64,000 nt of DNA. It comes from Takakia lepidozioides (lineage: Eukaryota; Plantae; Bryophyta). Below the pieces are notes generated by a model. It searched no databases, was not told where the DNA came from, and was given only the letters and a program-made list of their open reading frames with translations. This document shows, piece after piece, positions 63,868-64,000 of this stretch (position 1 is the first letter of the stretch; each line of letters opens with the position of its first letter). Position numbers and translations under genes: made by a program. Where the stretch lies: the NCBI GenBank assembly GCA_030704615.1, contig CM060732.1, positions 18,476,001 through 18,540,000 on the forward strand, written 5' to 3'.

Positions 63868-64000
63868 GTATGTACTTTTTCTTCTTTGGCTATAGAGTAG
63901 CAGTGCTGGAATGTCATTGTATTTTGTACAGAAATGTGTAGACAAAAGACCATAGATCAAAACCCATTTCCATGCAACCAGATCGGCGTTGTCTGTACAG

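Overview
Repeat-rich land-plant nuclear DNA, inferred from an LRR receptor kinase, a PLS/E-class PPR fragment, nuclear-encoded plastid L18 and CACTA/MULE/hAT/Harbinger elements; the species cannot be identified from this window. Headline: a near-intact Ty3/Gypsy LTR retrotransposon (<1-11121) whose polyprotein runs Gag(2x CCHC)-protease-DNMT3-like C5 cytosine methyltransferase-RT-RNaseH-integrase-PHD finger. A single UAG in a CARYYA readthrough context separates Gag-PR-DNMT from RT, and the 3' LTR has its own 188-bp terminal direct repeats. A second transposon-borne chromatin-writer candidate, a decayed SET-domain ORF, lies inside a CACTA element that truncates a degenerate sister Gypsy copy. 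Other contents: nested L1-like and RTE-like LINEs; a Pack-MULE carrying a PPR fragment and an array of 28-bp palindromes, nested in a Harbinger MITE; a hAT MITE; and host genes (LRR-RLK, plastid rpl18, an EF-hand protein, a secreted repeat protein and an unknown coiled-coil gene). Coordinates were read by eye, and no database searches were run.
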